Program-made: the position numbers and the translations under genes
Part shown: piece by piece, positions 20,401 through 29,275 of the stretch
How the letters are laid out: each line of letters opens with the position of its first letter
Numbering within the stretch: position 1 is the first letter of the stretch
Notes under the pieces: model-generated
The model's input: only the letters and a program-made list of their open reading frames with translations
Told to the model about the DNA's origin: nothing
The model's database searches: none
Assembly: GCA_005222975.1 (NCBI GenBank)
Contig: NJBI01000007.1
Span: 1 to 64,000, forward strand
DNA: 64,000 nucleotides
Reading direction: 5' to 3'
Source of the DNA: Promethearchaeota archaeon Loki_b31
GTDB lineage: Archaea; Asgardarchaeota; Lokiarchaeia; Sigyniarchaeales; SOKP01

Positions 20401-21565
20401 CTTCTAATTCAACAGCCTGCTCTACTAGATCTACCCTATCCAGATTTTCTTTTAGATCCTCTTCGCTCGCTTCGTCTTCGTGATCAACTAGCTTTAATTT
20501 CTCTTGTTGTAGCTCTTCGTATAATTTTTCTGCGTTTTTAAGCGTTTCGTACATCTCTTCCGCTTCGTGCATTACTTCTTCTATTTCTTCAAGGGGTTTT
20601 CCTTCTCGATCTAATTTATCGCGAATTTCCCATAAATATTCAAATTCCTCTGTACTAGTAATTTTCTTAGATGCATCCTCTTCTTCGAGTTCATCGCTCT
20701 TATTACCACTTTCTTGGTCACCCTTTAATTCCTCTGTTACTTCTTGCCTAAGTTCTTCTGTTTCTTGTTCCTCTATACTATTTTGATCGTTTACTACCTC
20801 TTTTTCCTTTAATTTTTCATAATATTGCTCAGCATAATACGCCGCATTTTCTTGTTCAGCTTGTGGTTCAACGTTCTCGTCTTCAGCTTTTAATTCTCTG
20901 GCATGTTCGGCTAATTCTTCAACATCCTTTATGAATTCAATCTCATCGGTATTTACAATCGGTTCCGTATCGTCTTGATATTCTTCTGGGCGAATCTCGA
21001 TTTCTTCTTCTTGTTCTTGGTGTTCCATATGATCTTCTATTTCACTAGTTAAAACTGTAGAAGTTGATTGAGAATCAATATTTTCGTTGTAATATTCCAC
21101 AGGCTCTTCCTCTTGGTGTTCCTCGTTTCGAATGTCATTATTGTCCTTCTCATTTTTTTCTCCCTCACCATGCAAATCTTCGCTCCAATTAATCTCGTCC
21201 CATATAGTTTTTTCACGCTCACCTTGCTTGTCTTCGCTCCAATCAATATCATCCCATATAGTTTTTTCTCGCTCACCATGTTTATCTTCGCTCCAATCAA
21301 TATCATCCCATATAGTTTTTTCTCGCTCACCATGTTTATCTTCGCTCCAATCAATATCGTCCCATATACTCTCTTCTTTTTCTTCTGGTAATTCTTGATC
21401 TAAATCACCTTCAAATTCCCCACTTTTAATTTGATCGTCTTCAAAATCTTTTTCTTCCTCTAATTCAGAGTCATCATTAATGTCATCTTCTTTTTTCTCT
21501 TCATCTTCTCCTTTCTGTTCGTCTAAATATCCCTTATCATCTTCAACTTCGCTTCCAAAATCCAT
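17480..21565 (-). CDS. 1361-aa protein: acidic low-complexity N-terminus with 18-aa repeats, coiled coil, and C-terminal double-motif LAGLIDADG endonuclease domain
   Basis: LAGLIDADG motifs EMCGIILGDG and CLRGLFDTDGS, plus IDFTNSS..L; the first ~550 aa are extremely Glu/Asp-rich; no obvious intein splicing motifs. Confidence 0.8.
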   Translation of the reverse strand: MDFGSEVEDDKGYLDEQKGEDEEKKEDDINDDSELEEEKDFEDDQIKSGEFEGDLDQELPEEKEESIWDDIDWSEDKHGEREKTIWDDIDWSEDKHGEREKTIWDDIDWSEDKQGEREKTIWDEINWSEDLHGEGEKNEKDNNDIRNEEHQEEEPVEYYNENIDSQSTSTVLTSEIEDHMEHQEQEEEIEIRPEEYQDDTEPIVNTDEIEFIKDVEELAEHARELKAEDENVEPQAEQENAAYYAEQYYEKLKEKEVVNDQNSIEEQETEELRQEVTEELKGDQESGNKSDELEEEDASKKITSTEEFEYLWEIRDKLDREGKPLEEIEEVMHEAEEMYETLKNAEKLYEELQQEKLKLVDHEDEASEEDLKENLDRVDLVEQAVELEEKLVQQGESQEEIDARVEEAIETTKFEEKLEKIIEKDQESIVNEKLKKHDLEINEQDSNKNVENKENLEVCKPELDAIESESEANKDFLEESTKLVSEESDEEETEHLQELYRLETGRRPIYSKKKTNGYSQWLEQRELGSEKIKNSKSESEKIKEIEEESWKTTLKQWIKESSEEECNAELKSELKKALESYNKFKDLTRKFLELYEKSQYEKLTEIEKNRLKSLTERLQGLGPIHLELLANIRTFKDYFYNHLWELMNRFFVIRVRSKFFKHISQKYKELRKEQENGKIQIKWSSEISNLIEAVENEKTPTKNQVKKKKLIANTDKFKELKKIVIEQLKYYHKMGKKKYSNKEILEKIEYFNQERVRKTIIQLIGSQNLYVKFFMANNWVSCREKIFNNIYTILKNNKIVIFNFRLNHPKEEFFDIIINNVYQNLNNKSLLLDLTSKQDLLIKKYILAIYLILFEEYDKLVDIQNLTGLGHHHIDQIRLHFNIHPLKKRNPYKKLGLIMNGILSEMCGIILGDGNLNFNIGLTITLNRIDESDYVDYVSKLMTKIFHKTPSYIPSKVSKGIQLIIYGKEIVEELESFGLIEGNKVLHQVSVPKIIINSRNLVICCLRGLFDTDGSIYVLKRAKHIQIDFTNSSKPLVEDFKNMCNILNIETTKIYEDKRTDVKYYVKISKKNHIRKFIEIIKPKKWIYRRNYIGIILISLSNEIKSKKVFADVNDYMIKNDKKVLLYSKEFEQFILKTCLKYGYLINDSTIENAIQDSLTFKQFPYQEKFAIIFKKLFTILGNLELIRNYIKLKYGINPKPETIKKHIKIYMISQKLDFDLWYKNIKKFNQIIVKNKNGNWVISIFPADLREIIYNRILKILKDNNFYFDNDQILKDLVSVDIPEFLRLRISLQDQNFTYPIIQYLKMLIHIIQYISEPLNRNETPSPTKISKKILSIYININISKDQLRKLIYQAINLLN
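21164..21368 (-). repeat. In-frame 54-bp tandem repeat (about 3.8 copies) encoding IWDDIDWSEDKHGEREKT
   Basis: ctcacc recurs at 21164, 21218, 21272 and 21326 (period 54); no spacers. Confidence 0.95.
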
Positions 21566-21622
21566 TTTTATTTTAAGACCTCTATGTTTTACTTACACAA
21601 ATTATACACAAGGATTACTTCG

Positions 21623-23587
21623 TTAAATGTTATCGTCTGCCGTTTTCATTAAATAGCGCTCCGCGTTTGTTATAACTAAAGCGTGTCTTTCCCAAAGAGT
21701 TAGAAGCATTTCTCTTTCCCTCATATTTCCTGTGAAGATTTGATTGGCTGGATATCCTAATTGGAATAAGATTTTATTCCTTGCGGAATCAATTGCAACG
21801 TCAAGGAGTAAATGAGGATGTTGATCTGCAAAAATGATTCCTATGCCTTTAGCTCTCCATTCGTTAACATTTCTTGAAAAATGAGAGTTAGTTTTATTTT
21901 TCATTATAAATTCCGGAGATTCGGGATGTTTATCGTTTGATTTACCAACAATTCGATGTGCCTCGTCCATTGCGATGAGATATTTTAATTTATTGTTTTT
22001 TTCCTTATCTATAGAAATTAGAATCTCAATCATATTAAGAATCAACATACCTAACAAATGTTGTTCGTCCTCTAGACATTTAGTTAAGTCAAGTAAGACT
22101 GTTTCCCCTTCCTTCCATTTTATAAACCATTCTGGAATATCGCTTGATTCACCCTCAAGTAGGTTAAGCGTAGCTTCAAGATCAGGTCTATAAAACATTT
22201 CACTAATCCTGCGCTTGAACGCAGTACGAATGTGTTGTTTAAATTCAGGTTCCCACGATTTTGCTTTCATATAATCGTCAACGCAACTAAAAAATTCTCT
22301 GACTTCTTTAGGAAATTCTTTATGTTTGGAATAACAGATTTGAAATGTTTCAGAAAATATCCCTGGTCCCATATGTTTTAATCCTAAACAAGCCGCAAAA
22401 ACGTTACTAGTCTCTTTAATTGAGATCATTGTTCTATTAAAAGGTATAATATATGGCACTCTAAATTTTTCAGAGGGGAACTTATAAACGTGAGCCATAG
22501 GATAATCGTCCTCTAAGTATGGCTTCGCTAAGTTTAGGATTAATATTCCAACATCTGGTCTTTTATTATGTAAGTCGTTTAATATCATTTTTATCAATGT
22601 TGATTTTCCTGTTCCAGTTTTCCCAAAAATATTCAAATGGGTCGTGAGACCGTCTATTTCAATTAATCCTAAATCAGTACTTAAGACTCCATCTTTCAAT
22701 TTTTCTCCGATATAAATGAAATTAGGATCGTTTTTAGAAATCGGTAAATTGATTGAATTTCTGTTTTCTAGTATAGGAGGATTTAACAAAGGCATTTCAC
22801 GTGGGATATCGAAGTCGATCTCATCAGATCTCATAAATTTAGGCATTACCTCTCTGGGAAAATCTTGACCTGGACCAAGTCCATAATCAGATCTCTTTGG
22901 AAATACATTGCAGGTTAATAGATCAATCCAATTAATTGGAGAGAGCGACTTATATTCTGCTTTAATATATGGTGGTATGGACATATCGGAAATAAAATAT
23001 CGAAGTACTGCATTAATTGAAGATTCTTGCTTATCGAAATTCGTAAAATAATTTGGGTTAGGATTTAAAGAAATGAAAATTCTCAACATATAACTCAATG
23101 GATCTGGTTGTATATGTAAATCATCCCTTTTCCATAAAATAAATATATTTGCATCTATTTTTCTTTGAGGTGTCTTATAATAATTGATTATCTTCCTAAG
23201 AAACTGAAATTTTATTGGAGGATGTTGGGGAATAATTATTTCATAAAGTCGTCTATTTATCTCTAAATATTTCGAATAGAGAGGATACACGCTCACTTTT
23301 CCATCTAATCCTTTATATTTCTCTTGTAGATTCATCAATAAGGCCTCACCTAATTCTTCAGCCAATTCGGCGGTTTTAGCATACAAGAAGAAATCCCATG
23401 AAAAACCCTTATTTACATTAAATTCCACTCCATAAGTTAAATTATCTCCAAAGGGATCATATAACCACGAAGTACGCAATAATTTGTTATGTCTTATTTT
23501 AGGATCTCCCGTTACATCATCACATACACAGGGCAATACTTGTGTTATTTTAATTCTTGAATTGTATCCTACTATTTCCATTTCCAT
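21623..23587 (-). CDS. HerA/VirB4/FtsK-superfamily ATPase (DUF87-like)
   Basis: HLNIFGKTGTGKS Walker A, IAMDEAHR Walker B, WRAKGIGIIFADQHP motif; SD aggagg upstream. Confidence 0.85.
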   Translation of the reverse strand: MEMEIVGYNSRIKITQVLPCVCDDVTGDPKIRHNKLLRTSWLYDPFGDNLTYGVEFNVNKGFSWDFFLYAKTAELAEELGEALLMNLQEKYKGLDGKVSVYPLYSKYLEINRRLYEIIIPQHPPIKFQFLRKIINYYKTPQRKIDANIFILWKRDDLHIQPDPLSYMLRIFISLNPNPNYFTNFDKQESSINAVLRYFISDMSIPPYIKAEYKSLSPINWIDLLTCNVFPKRSDYGLGPGQDFPREVMPKFMRSDEIDFDIPREMPLLNPPILENRNSINLPISKNDPNFIYIGEKLKDGVLSTDLGLIEIDGLTTHLNIFGKTGTGKSTLIKMILNDLHNKRPDVGILILNLAKPYLEDDYPMAHVYKFPSEKFRVPYIIPFNRTMISIKETSNVFAACLGLKHMGPGIFSETFQICYSKHKEFPKEVREFFSCVDDYMKAKSWEPEFKQHIRTAFKRRISEMFYRPDLEATLNLLEGESSDIPEWFIKWKEGETVLLDLTKCLEDEQHLLGMLILNMIEILISIDKEKNNKLKYLIAMDEAHRIVGKSNDKHPESPEFIMKNKTNSHFSRNVNEWRAKGIGIIFADQHPHLLLDVAIDSARNKILFQLGYPANQIFTGNMREREMLLTLWERHALVITNAERYLMKTADDNI

Positions 23588-23610
23588 TTATAAATTTCCT
23601 CCTTTTAATT

Positions 23611-23901
23611 TTACCACTGAGCTTCTCTCCTAGATTTTGCGGGTTTAACACGTCGTCGAGTTAACTTTTTTATATTCCCTCTTTCAGAGCCAATTGAACT
23701 TCTCTTGCCTAAAAATTGTTGAATAAATGCCCTTAATATACTAATAAGCAGAATTTTTAATCCTTTGCTTTTGAAAGGTCTTCCTCCAAAGAATAGCAAA
23801 AGAGCTCCCACTACCAATCCAAATAAACCGATAAGTGAGCCTAAAGCTATTAGGAACTCAAAACCAGCCACCCCACTTGAAAAATACGTGTCAACATCCA
23901 T
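23611..23901 (-). CDS. Small hydrophobic pilin-like (TrbC/VirB2/CedA1-like) protein, C-terminus probably disrupted
   Basis: Gly-rich hydrophobic helix, basic loop (GGRPFKSKG), then a second helix that breaks off into an unrelated basic tail after ISIL; directly upstream of the ATPase. Confidence 0.55.
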   Translation of the reverse strand: MDVDTYFSSGVAGFEFLIALGSLIGLFGLVVGALLLFFGGRPFKSKGLKILLISILRAFIQQFLGKRSSIGSERGNIKKLTRRRVKPAKSRREAQW

Positions 23902-24102
23902 TTTTTTTTACTAACTTTTAATTAATTATTTTTTCTAATAATATTATAAATTCGTTATTTATAAAAGGAAAAAGAAGACGATAAAATTAAAAATGAGTCG
24001 ATCTGGTAATAGGTCTAAAACGACAAGCAAGAAGTATGTGAACCAATCGAACAGAATTCCAAACGCAAAGACAATGTATAAGAACCCCAGAATCCAAGAA
24101 TC

Positions 24103-24252
24103 TTATTGGGGTTCATAATTGGGACGATTCTCCTAATTTGGGGCGGTAATCGGTATCGATATAAGATGATTGGCGTTATTGTCGCGTCCTTCGTACTTTT
24201 GGCTGTGTGCGGGCTTAACACTGGGATTAAATACTTCAGGATTTTTAGATAA
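24103..24252 (+). pseudogene. N-terminally truncated paralogue of the pilin-like protein
   Basis: LLGFIIGTILLIWGGNRYRYKMIGVIVASFVLLAVCGLNTGIKYFRIFR* aligns with LFGLVVGALLLFFGGRPFKSKGLKILLISIL; in-frame stop at 24079; only a TTG at 24106 is available upstream of the first helix. Confidence 0.6.
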
Positions 24253-24546
24253 AAAAAAAGAGTTTAGAAAATTGCTAATCTGATCATAACGAGAAGGCTG
24301 TTCAAAATATTTCTCCTAGATGTAATGAGAGTTTTGCTATATCAATAAATAAAATTCACCCTATATAACATTAAATTCGTTCTTTTTTAAACCAAACATC
24401 ATATTCTTTCTTAAAATTGAAACAACTCAATACTTTTTTAGCAAAATCCTCAAAACCATAAAAAATATGGAAAAATTTATACCTTTATTTATATTATTCT
24501 ATTTAAAATAACTTTAATTGAGTTAAAATATATACAAGTACAATTT

Positions 24547-24918
24547 GTGAATACTATGAAAGGGAAAATGAAATTTTATTTATTGTTAGGATTTTTCCAA
24601 TTAGTGCTTATATTGATTGTGTTTTTTAGTATAGATGGAATTATCACTATGGTTGCAGCACAAACAGAGAGTTATGATTACTTTAATTCTCCAACAGCGG
24701 CGATTTTAGCTATTTCAGCAGCAATATCATTTTCAGCAGCAGTAATAGGAAGTGCAATCGCTTTAAAAACAGTAGGTACAGCAGCAATATCCGCTCTATC
24801 CGAAAGAGAAGAAAGTTTTTTTAAAGCATTTTTAGTCGTTGCTTTTTGTGAGGCATTAGCAATATATGGTTTAATAATAGCGATCCTTTTCTTGACAAAA
24901 ATTCCTAACCCAGCATAA
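24547..24918 (+). CDS. atpK: A/V-type ATPase proteolipid subunit K/c
   Basis: Helical hairpin with ion-binding Glu in FCEALAIYGLIIA; extra N-terminal hydrophobic helix. Confidence 0.9.
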   Translation: MNTMKGKMKFYLLLGFFQLVLILIVFFSIDGIITMVAAQTESYDYFNSPTAAILAISAAISFSAAVIGSAIALKTVGTAAISALSEREESFFKAFLVVAFCEALAIYGLIIAILFLTKIPNPA

Positions 24919-24959
24919 TCTAGATTTTCATTTAAAATCGTTAAGAAGGTGTTTTTTTT

Positions 24960-26021
24960 ACGAGTGAAATTATTCCGTCCTACGCTTATACATATATTAA
25001 AATCGATTATTTAAAACCATTAATAATTGATGATGACACTTTACTAAAACTTAAAAGAATCTACGATATTGATGATTTCATGGAATCTATTAGACTTTAT
25101 TATCCTAATTTAGATTTTAAAGAAAATACTATTGAAGATATTGAAGTTGCTCTTAAAAATAATTACATTAAGCTAATTGGTAAAATTTTACATTATTCAC
25201 CCCAAAACATGAGAATATTCTTAAGAAATTATCTCATGAAATTTGAAATACAAAATCTCAAACAAATAATCATCAGTTTAATTTTAGGAATTAATCAAGA
25301 AGAAAAAAGAAAACACATTAATTTTTTAGTTGAAGAATATTTAGATAACACGGAATTCATTGAAGATTTGCTTAAATTTACTTCTTTAGATGAAATACAA
25401 TTATTTCTTAAAAGAACTAAATACAATATAGCTATTAGAGAAGGTATTCTTTACTATAAGAAAAATAAAGAAATTTTTATTCTGGAAGCTTTTTTAGATC
25501 AATTATATTATAAGCAACTTATAATACAACTGGAAAATTTAAATAGAAAAGAGAAAACAATGATATCGTTGTTTGTGAAATACAAAACTGAAATTTATAA
25601 TATAAATGTGATTTATAGGGGAATAAAAAATAAAATTGAACCAAAATTATTATCTCAATTTCTTGTAAATAATTATTTATTCCTAGATGAAAGTAAATTA
25701 GAACATTTGTTAAATCTTGATAATATTGATGAATTTATATCAGTTATTAAAGAATATTTGAAGAATATTAAGGAAATAAAACCATTTTTTATCAAGCTAA
25801 AAATTAATCAAAAGCACTTAATTAGGTCAATTGAACAATTTTATATAACTTATTATTTTAAGAAATTTAAGATTAAAATTGACGACATTGATTTTTTCAC
25901 CATTTACAAAATTTTAGAAATACTTATAAAAAAAGAAAAAGAAATACGATTTGATATTTTACCAAAAGTAATTAAAATCCTTCACTATAAGTTTAAAGCA
26001 TTAAAAACGCAGAAATTTTAA
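24960..26021 (+). CDS. atpC: A/V-type ATPase subunit C (d); probable ACG start
   Basis: FEIQNLK, LEAFLDQLYY, EIYNINVIYRG motifs. The 40 codons upstream of ATG 25080 (SEIIPSYAYTYIKI..) resemble the subunit C N-terminal helix. Confidence 0.8.
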   Translation, partial: TSEIIPSYAYTYIKIDYLKPLIIDDDTLLKLKRIYDIDDFMESIRLYYPNLDFKENTIEDIEVALKNNYIKLIGKILHYSPQNMRIFLRNYLMKFEIQNLKQIIISLILGINQEEKRKHINFLVEEYLDNTEFIEDLLKFTSLDEIQLFLKRTKYNIAIREGILYYKKNKEIFILEAFLDQLYYKQLIIQLENLNRKEKTMISLFVKYKTEIYNINVIYRGIKNKIEPKLLSQFLVNNYLFLDESKLEHLLNLDNIDEFISVIKEYLKNIKEIKPFFIKLKINQKHLIRSIEQFYITYYFKKFKIKIDDIDFFTIYKILEILIKKEKEIRFDILPKVIKILHYKFKALKTQKF

Positions 26022-26073
26022 AGTTAATTATGAAATAAAATATTTAATATTAAATAATACGGGAGTAGTAATA

Positions 26074-26385
26074 ATGCCAATTTTTAAATGGGTTGAAGAA
26101 ATCGAAAATATTTATGAAAATTTGATTGAAAACGCCAAAAAAGAAAGTTTAGAAGACATTGAGAAACTAAACGCTTCACTTGAAAAGGATATAGAAAAAA
26201 AAAATCATAATAATCAGGAAATTATTAATTCTGCCTTAAAAACACTTTCAAAAGAAGTTAATGAAAAATCGTTAAAATTTGGAGAGTCAATATCGAAATT
26301 ATGTAACAAAATAGAAAAAAATTATTATGAAAATAAGGAAGGACTAATGAATTTAATATTTGAGAAATTAGGATTTGATTTTTAA
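26074..26385 (+). CDS. Putative A/V-type ATPase peripheral stalk subunit H/G
   Basis: 103-aa charged coiled coil (EEIENIYENLIENAKKES) within the ATPase operon. Confidence 0.6.
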   Translation: MPIFKWVEEIENIYENLIENAKKESLEDIEKLNASLEKDIEKKNHNNQEIINSALKTLSKEVNEKSLKFGESISKLCNKIEKNYYENKEGLMNLIFEKLGFDF

Positions 26386-26702
26386 TGCCAGATAAAAAAA
26401 TACATGTATTAGGCTACGACGAAATAGTTTTATTGTTTGGTCTTTTAGGTATTGAAGGAACGATAATTAAACATAATGAAGATTTTTTAAAAATTTTTAA
26501 AAATTTAATAAAAAAAACTTCTGTTGCTCTGATAATTATATACATGGATTTATCAGACGAAAATCTCGAATTTATAACAGATTTTAAAATAAATAATAGA
26601 ACGCCATTTGTATATTTATTACCAGATTTTTTTCAACAAGATATAAAGAATCAAGATAAGATATTCAACAAAATTCACGAATTAATAGAAGAAATTATAT
26701 AA
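26385..26702 (+). CDS. atpF: A/V-type ATPase subunit F
   Basis: KIHVLGYDEIVLLFGLLGIEG N-terminal motif; PFVYLLPD. Confidence 0.85.
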   Translation: MPDKKIHVLGYDEIVLLFGLLGIEGTIIKHNEDFLKIFKNLIKKTSVALIIIYMDLSDENLEFITDFKINNRTPFVYLLPDFFQQDIKNQDKIFNKIHELIEEII

Positions 26703-26736
26703 CAAGAGATGATCGGCCATTAGTGAAGGAAACGAC

Positions 26737-27441
26737 GTGAAAGAGAGATTTGGAAAACTAAGTTTGTATTTAATAAATCAAGCTGAAAATGAGATAAAGA
26801 AGATCAATCAACAATCCCTTTTTCAAATGGCAGAAGTTAGAAAAAAAGCTAGGGAAAGAACTTCAGAAAGCTCTTTAAAATTGAAAGCGCATTTTAACGA
26901 AACATACAATAAACTATTAAATAATTCTCTATCTTCTTATCTCTTGAAAATTAAAGAAGAAGTATTGAAATCAAAAAACAAGTTAATGTTAGAACTTATT
27001 TCAGATTTAAAAGACTTAATAAAAGACAAAATAAAAAATAATTATTCGAGCTACATTATCCTTTTACTAAAAAATCTTGAAAATATCAAGCATTTTGTAG
27101 ATAAACCACCGGAGATTATCATTCACTTAAATTCAATAGATTTTAAATATTTCAGCAATAATATGGAAAAGATTGAAAGTATATTAAGAAATAAAGTAAA
27201 TTTAATCAAGTCAAAAGAAGAATTTACGGGAGGTTTTAAGTGTGTAATTATGACCGGACATTTATCTTACGATTATACGATTAAAAATCAATTAAAGAAG
27301 AGCACATCGATTATAGAAATTGAGTTTTCAAAGATTTTTTCTGACTCCGAGCCTGATATTAAAGCTCTAGAAAATAATTATATACAATTTATCAAAAATC
27401 AAAAATTAGCTGTAAACGAATATTTAAAGAAATATGAATGA
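26737..27441 (+). CDS. atpE: A/V-type ATPase subunit E
   Basis: N-terminal coiled coil; GGF...SYDYT C-terminal motif; operon context. Confidence 0.8.
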   Translation: MKERFGKLSLYLINQAENEIKKINQQSLFQMAEVRKKARERTSESSLKLKAHFNETYNKLLNNSLSSYLLKIKEEVLKSKNKLMLELISDLKDLIKDKIKNNYSSYIILLLKNLENIKHFVDKPPEIIIHLNSIDFKYFSNNMEKIESILRNKVNLIKSKEEFTGGFKCVIMTGHLSYDYTIKNQLKKSTSIIEIEFSKIFSDSEPDIKALENNYIQFIKNQKLAVNEYLKKYE

Positions 27442-29275
27442 AACTAACGAAAAAATTAAGTCCGGATATATCTCATCTATAAACGGTTCCTTAATAGAAA
27501 TAAAAGGCTTAGAAAACTATGTACGGCTAAATGATTTAATTAAGGAGTCTAAACATAAAATTTTAGGTGAAGTAATCCAAATTTATTCAGATCATGTTAC
27601 TGTTCAATGTTTTGAAAATACTTCTAATTTAAAATTAAATGAAGAGGTTATTAGTTTACAAGAACCCTTATCAATGGAATTAGGTCCTGGTTTATTAGGA
27701 AATATCTTTGATGGTATTCAAAGACCATTGGAAGCAACCTTTTTGAGTTCTGAAGGCGGAGGGTTTTTAAAGAGAGGCGTTGATTTACCCGCTTTATCAA
27801 GAACGAAAGATTGGCATTTTAAACCAGTAAAAAAGATAAATGATTATGTAAGTACGGGGTATGTGGTTGGAACCGTTCAGGAAACAGAATTTATTGAACA
27901 TAAAATTATGATTCCATTAGGAATTTCCGGAAAAATAACTTATATTGCAAAGGAAGGAGAATATACAGTCAGTGATGAAATTTACCGCTTAAAAAATGGT
28001 TCCAAAGAAAAATCGTTTAATATGATTCAAAAATGGCCAATCACCAAAAATAGGCCTTATAAAGAGCGAGGCTTTCCTAATGAACCACTAATTACGGGTA
28101 TGAGGGTAATCGATCTATTATTTCCAATAGTAAAGGGAGGGACAGTTGCCGTTCCGGGAGGTTTTGGAACGGGCAAAACGGTAATCCAACAATCCCTAGC
28201 AAAATGGTGTAACGCAGATATAATTATTTTTGTTGGATGCGGGGAGCGTGGGAATGAGATTGCAGATGTCTTAAAACAGTTTTCTGAAATAACAGATCCA
28301 AAAAGTGGACGCCCGTTATTAGAACGAATTGTTATCTTAGCTAATACATCTAATATGCCCGTATCTGCGCGAGAAGCAAGTATATTTTCTGGAGTTACAA
28401 TTGGGGAATATTATAGAGATATGGGGTATGATGTTGCAGTTTTAGCAGACAGTACTTCAAGATGGGCAGAATCATTACGGGAAATATCAGGGTTATTAGA
28501 AGAAATGCCAGCCGAAGAAGGATATCCCGCTTATTTACCCTCTAAAATTTCTAGTTTTTATGAAAGAGCCGGTGTTGTTAAGATATTGGGAGAAAAAGAT
28601 TCTGGAAAAGAGAAATTCGGGTCTATAACAATTATTGGTTCAGTATCACCGCCTTCAGGAGATTTCAGTGAGCCTGTTACTTCAACTACAAAGCGTTTTG
28701 TTCAAGCTTTTTGGGCATTAGATGCGAGTTTAGCATATTCTAAACATTATCCTGCGATTAATTGGTTAAATTCATATTCAAAATATCCTGAATTCATCTC
28801 AGATTGGTGGTTTGAAAGAGATATTTATTGGCCTGAGATAGATATAGATTGGTACGAGTGTAGAAAACAAATAAATAGCCTCCTATCTCAAGAAAACGAA
28901 CTAAAAAATGTCACCCAATTAGTTGGTGAAGAAAACTTACCAGAAAATCAACAATTTATCCTATTCATTTCAAAATTGATTAGAAATGGTTTATTAATTC
29001 AAAATGCCTTTGATTCTATAGATTGTTTTACAGATGTTAAAAAATTAATTGGACTAGTAAAACTCATTCTATTACTATTTAAAGAGGGCAAACAACTCTT
29101 AAAGCAAGGTTTTCTAATTGAAGATATCAAAGAACTCGATGTTGTAAATGATATTCTTAGGATTTGCCGTTCTGTTCCTAATAATAACTTTGATCAAATA
29201 GAAAAATTAAGAAAGAAAATGCTAAACGAAATAGAGTCATTAAAATTAACATATGGTGTTTTTAGGAAAAAATGA
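27434..29275 (+). CDS. atpA: A/V-type ATPase catalytic subunit A
   Basis: [48 protein letters not shown]. Confidence 0.95.
   Translation: MNETNEKIKSGYISSINGSLIEIKGLENYVRLNDLIKESKHKILGEVIQIYSDHVTVQCFENTSNLKLNEEVISLQEPLSMELGPGLLGNIFDGIQRPLEATFLSSEGGGFLKRGVDLPALSRTKDWHFKPVKKINDYVSTGYVVGTVQETEFIEHKIMIPLGISGKITYIAKEGEYTVSDEIYRLKNGSKEKSFNMIQKWPITKNRPYKERGFPNEPLITGMRVIDLLFPIVKGGTVAVPGGFGTGKTVIQQSLAKWCNADIIIFVGCGERGNEIADVLKQFSEITDPKSGRPLLERIVILANTSNMPVSAREASIFSGVTIGEYYRDMGYDVAVLADSTSRWAESLREISGLLEEMPAEEGYPAYLPSKISSFYERAGVVKILGEKDSGKEKFGSITIIGSVSPPSGDFSEPVTSTTKRFVQAFWALDASLAYSKHYPAINWLNSYSKYPEFISDWWFERDIYWPEIDIDWYECRKQINSLLSQENELKNVTQLVGEENLPENQQFILFISKLIRNGLLIQNAFDSIDCFTDVKKLIGLVKLILLLFKEGKQLLKQGFLIEDIKELDVVNDILRICRSVPNNNFDQIEKLRKKMLNEIESLKLTYGVFRKK

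Noticed and set aside
21164-21368. CRISPR array
   Set aside because: Units are contiguous 54-bp repeats with no unique spacers, in frame within a CDS, and no cas genes are present.
24015-24221. 68-aa minus-strand ORF in the ORF track
   Set aside because: It is antisense to the pilin-like fragment, which has homology support.
23717-24310. IS-like terminal sequences near 23733 and 24296
   Set aside because: No matching inverted partner and no transposase were found; the similarity is too short to support a call.
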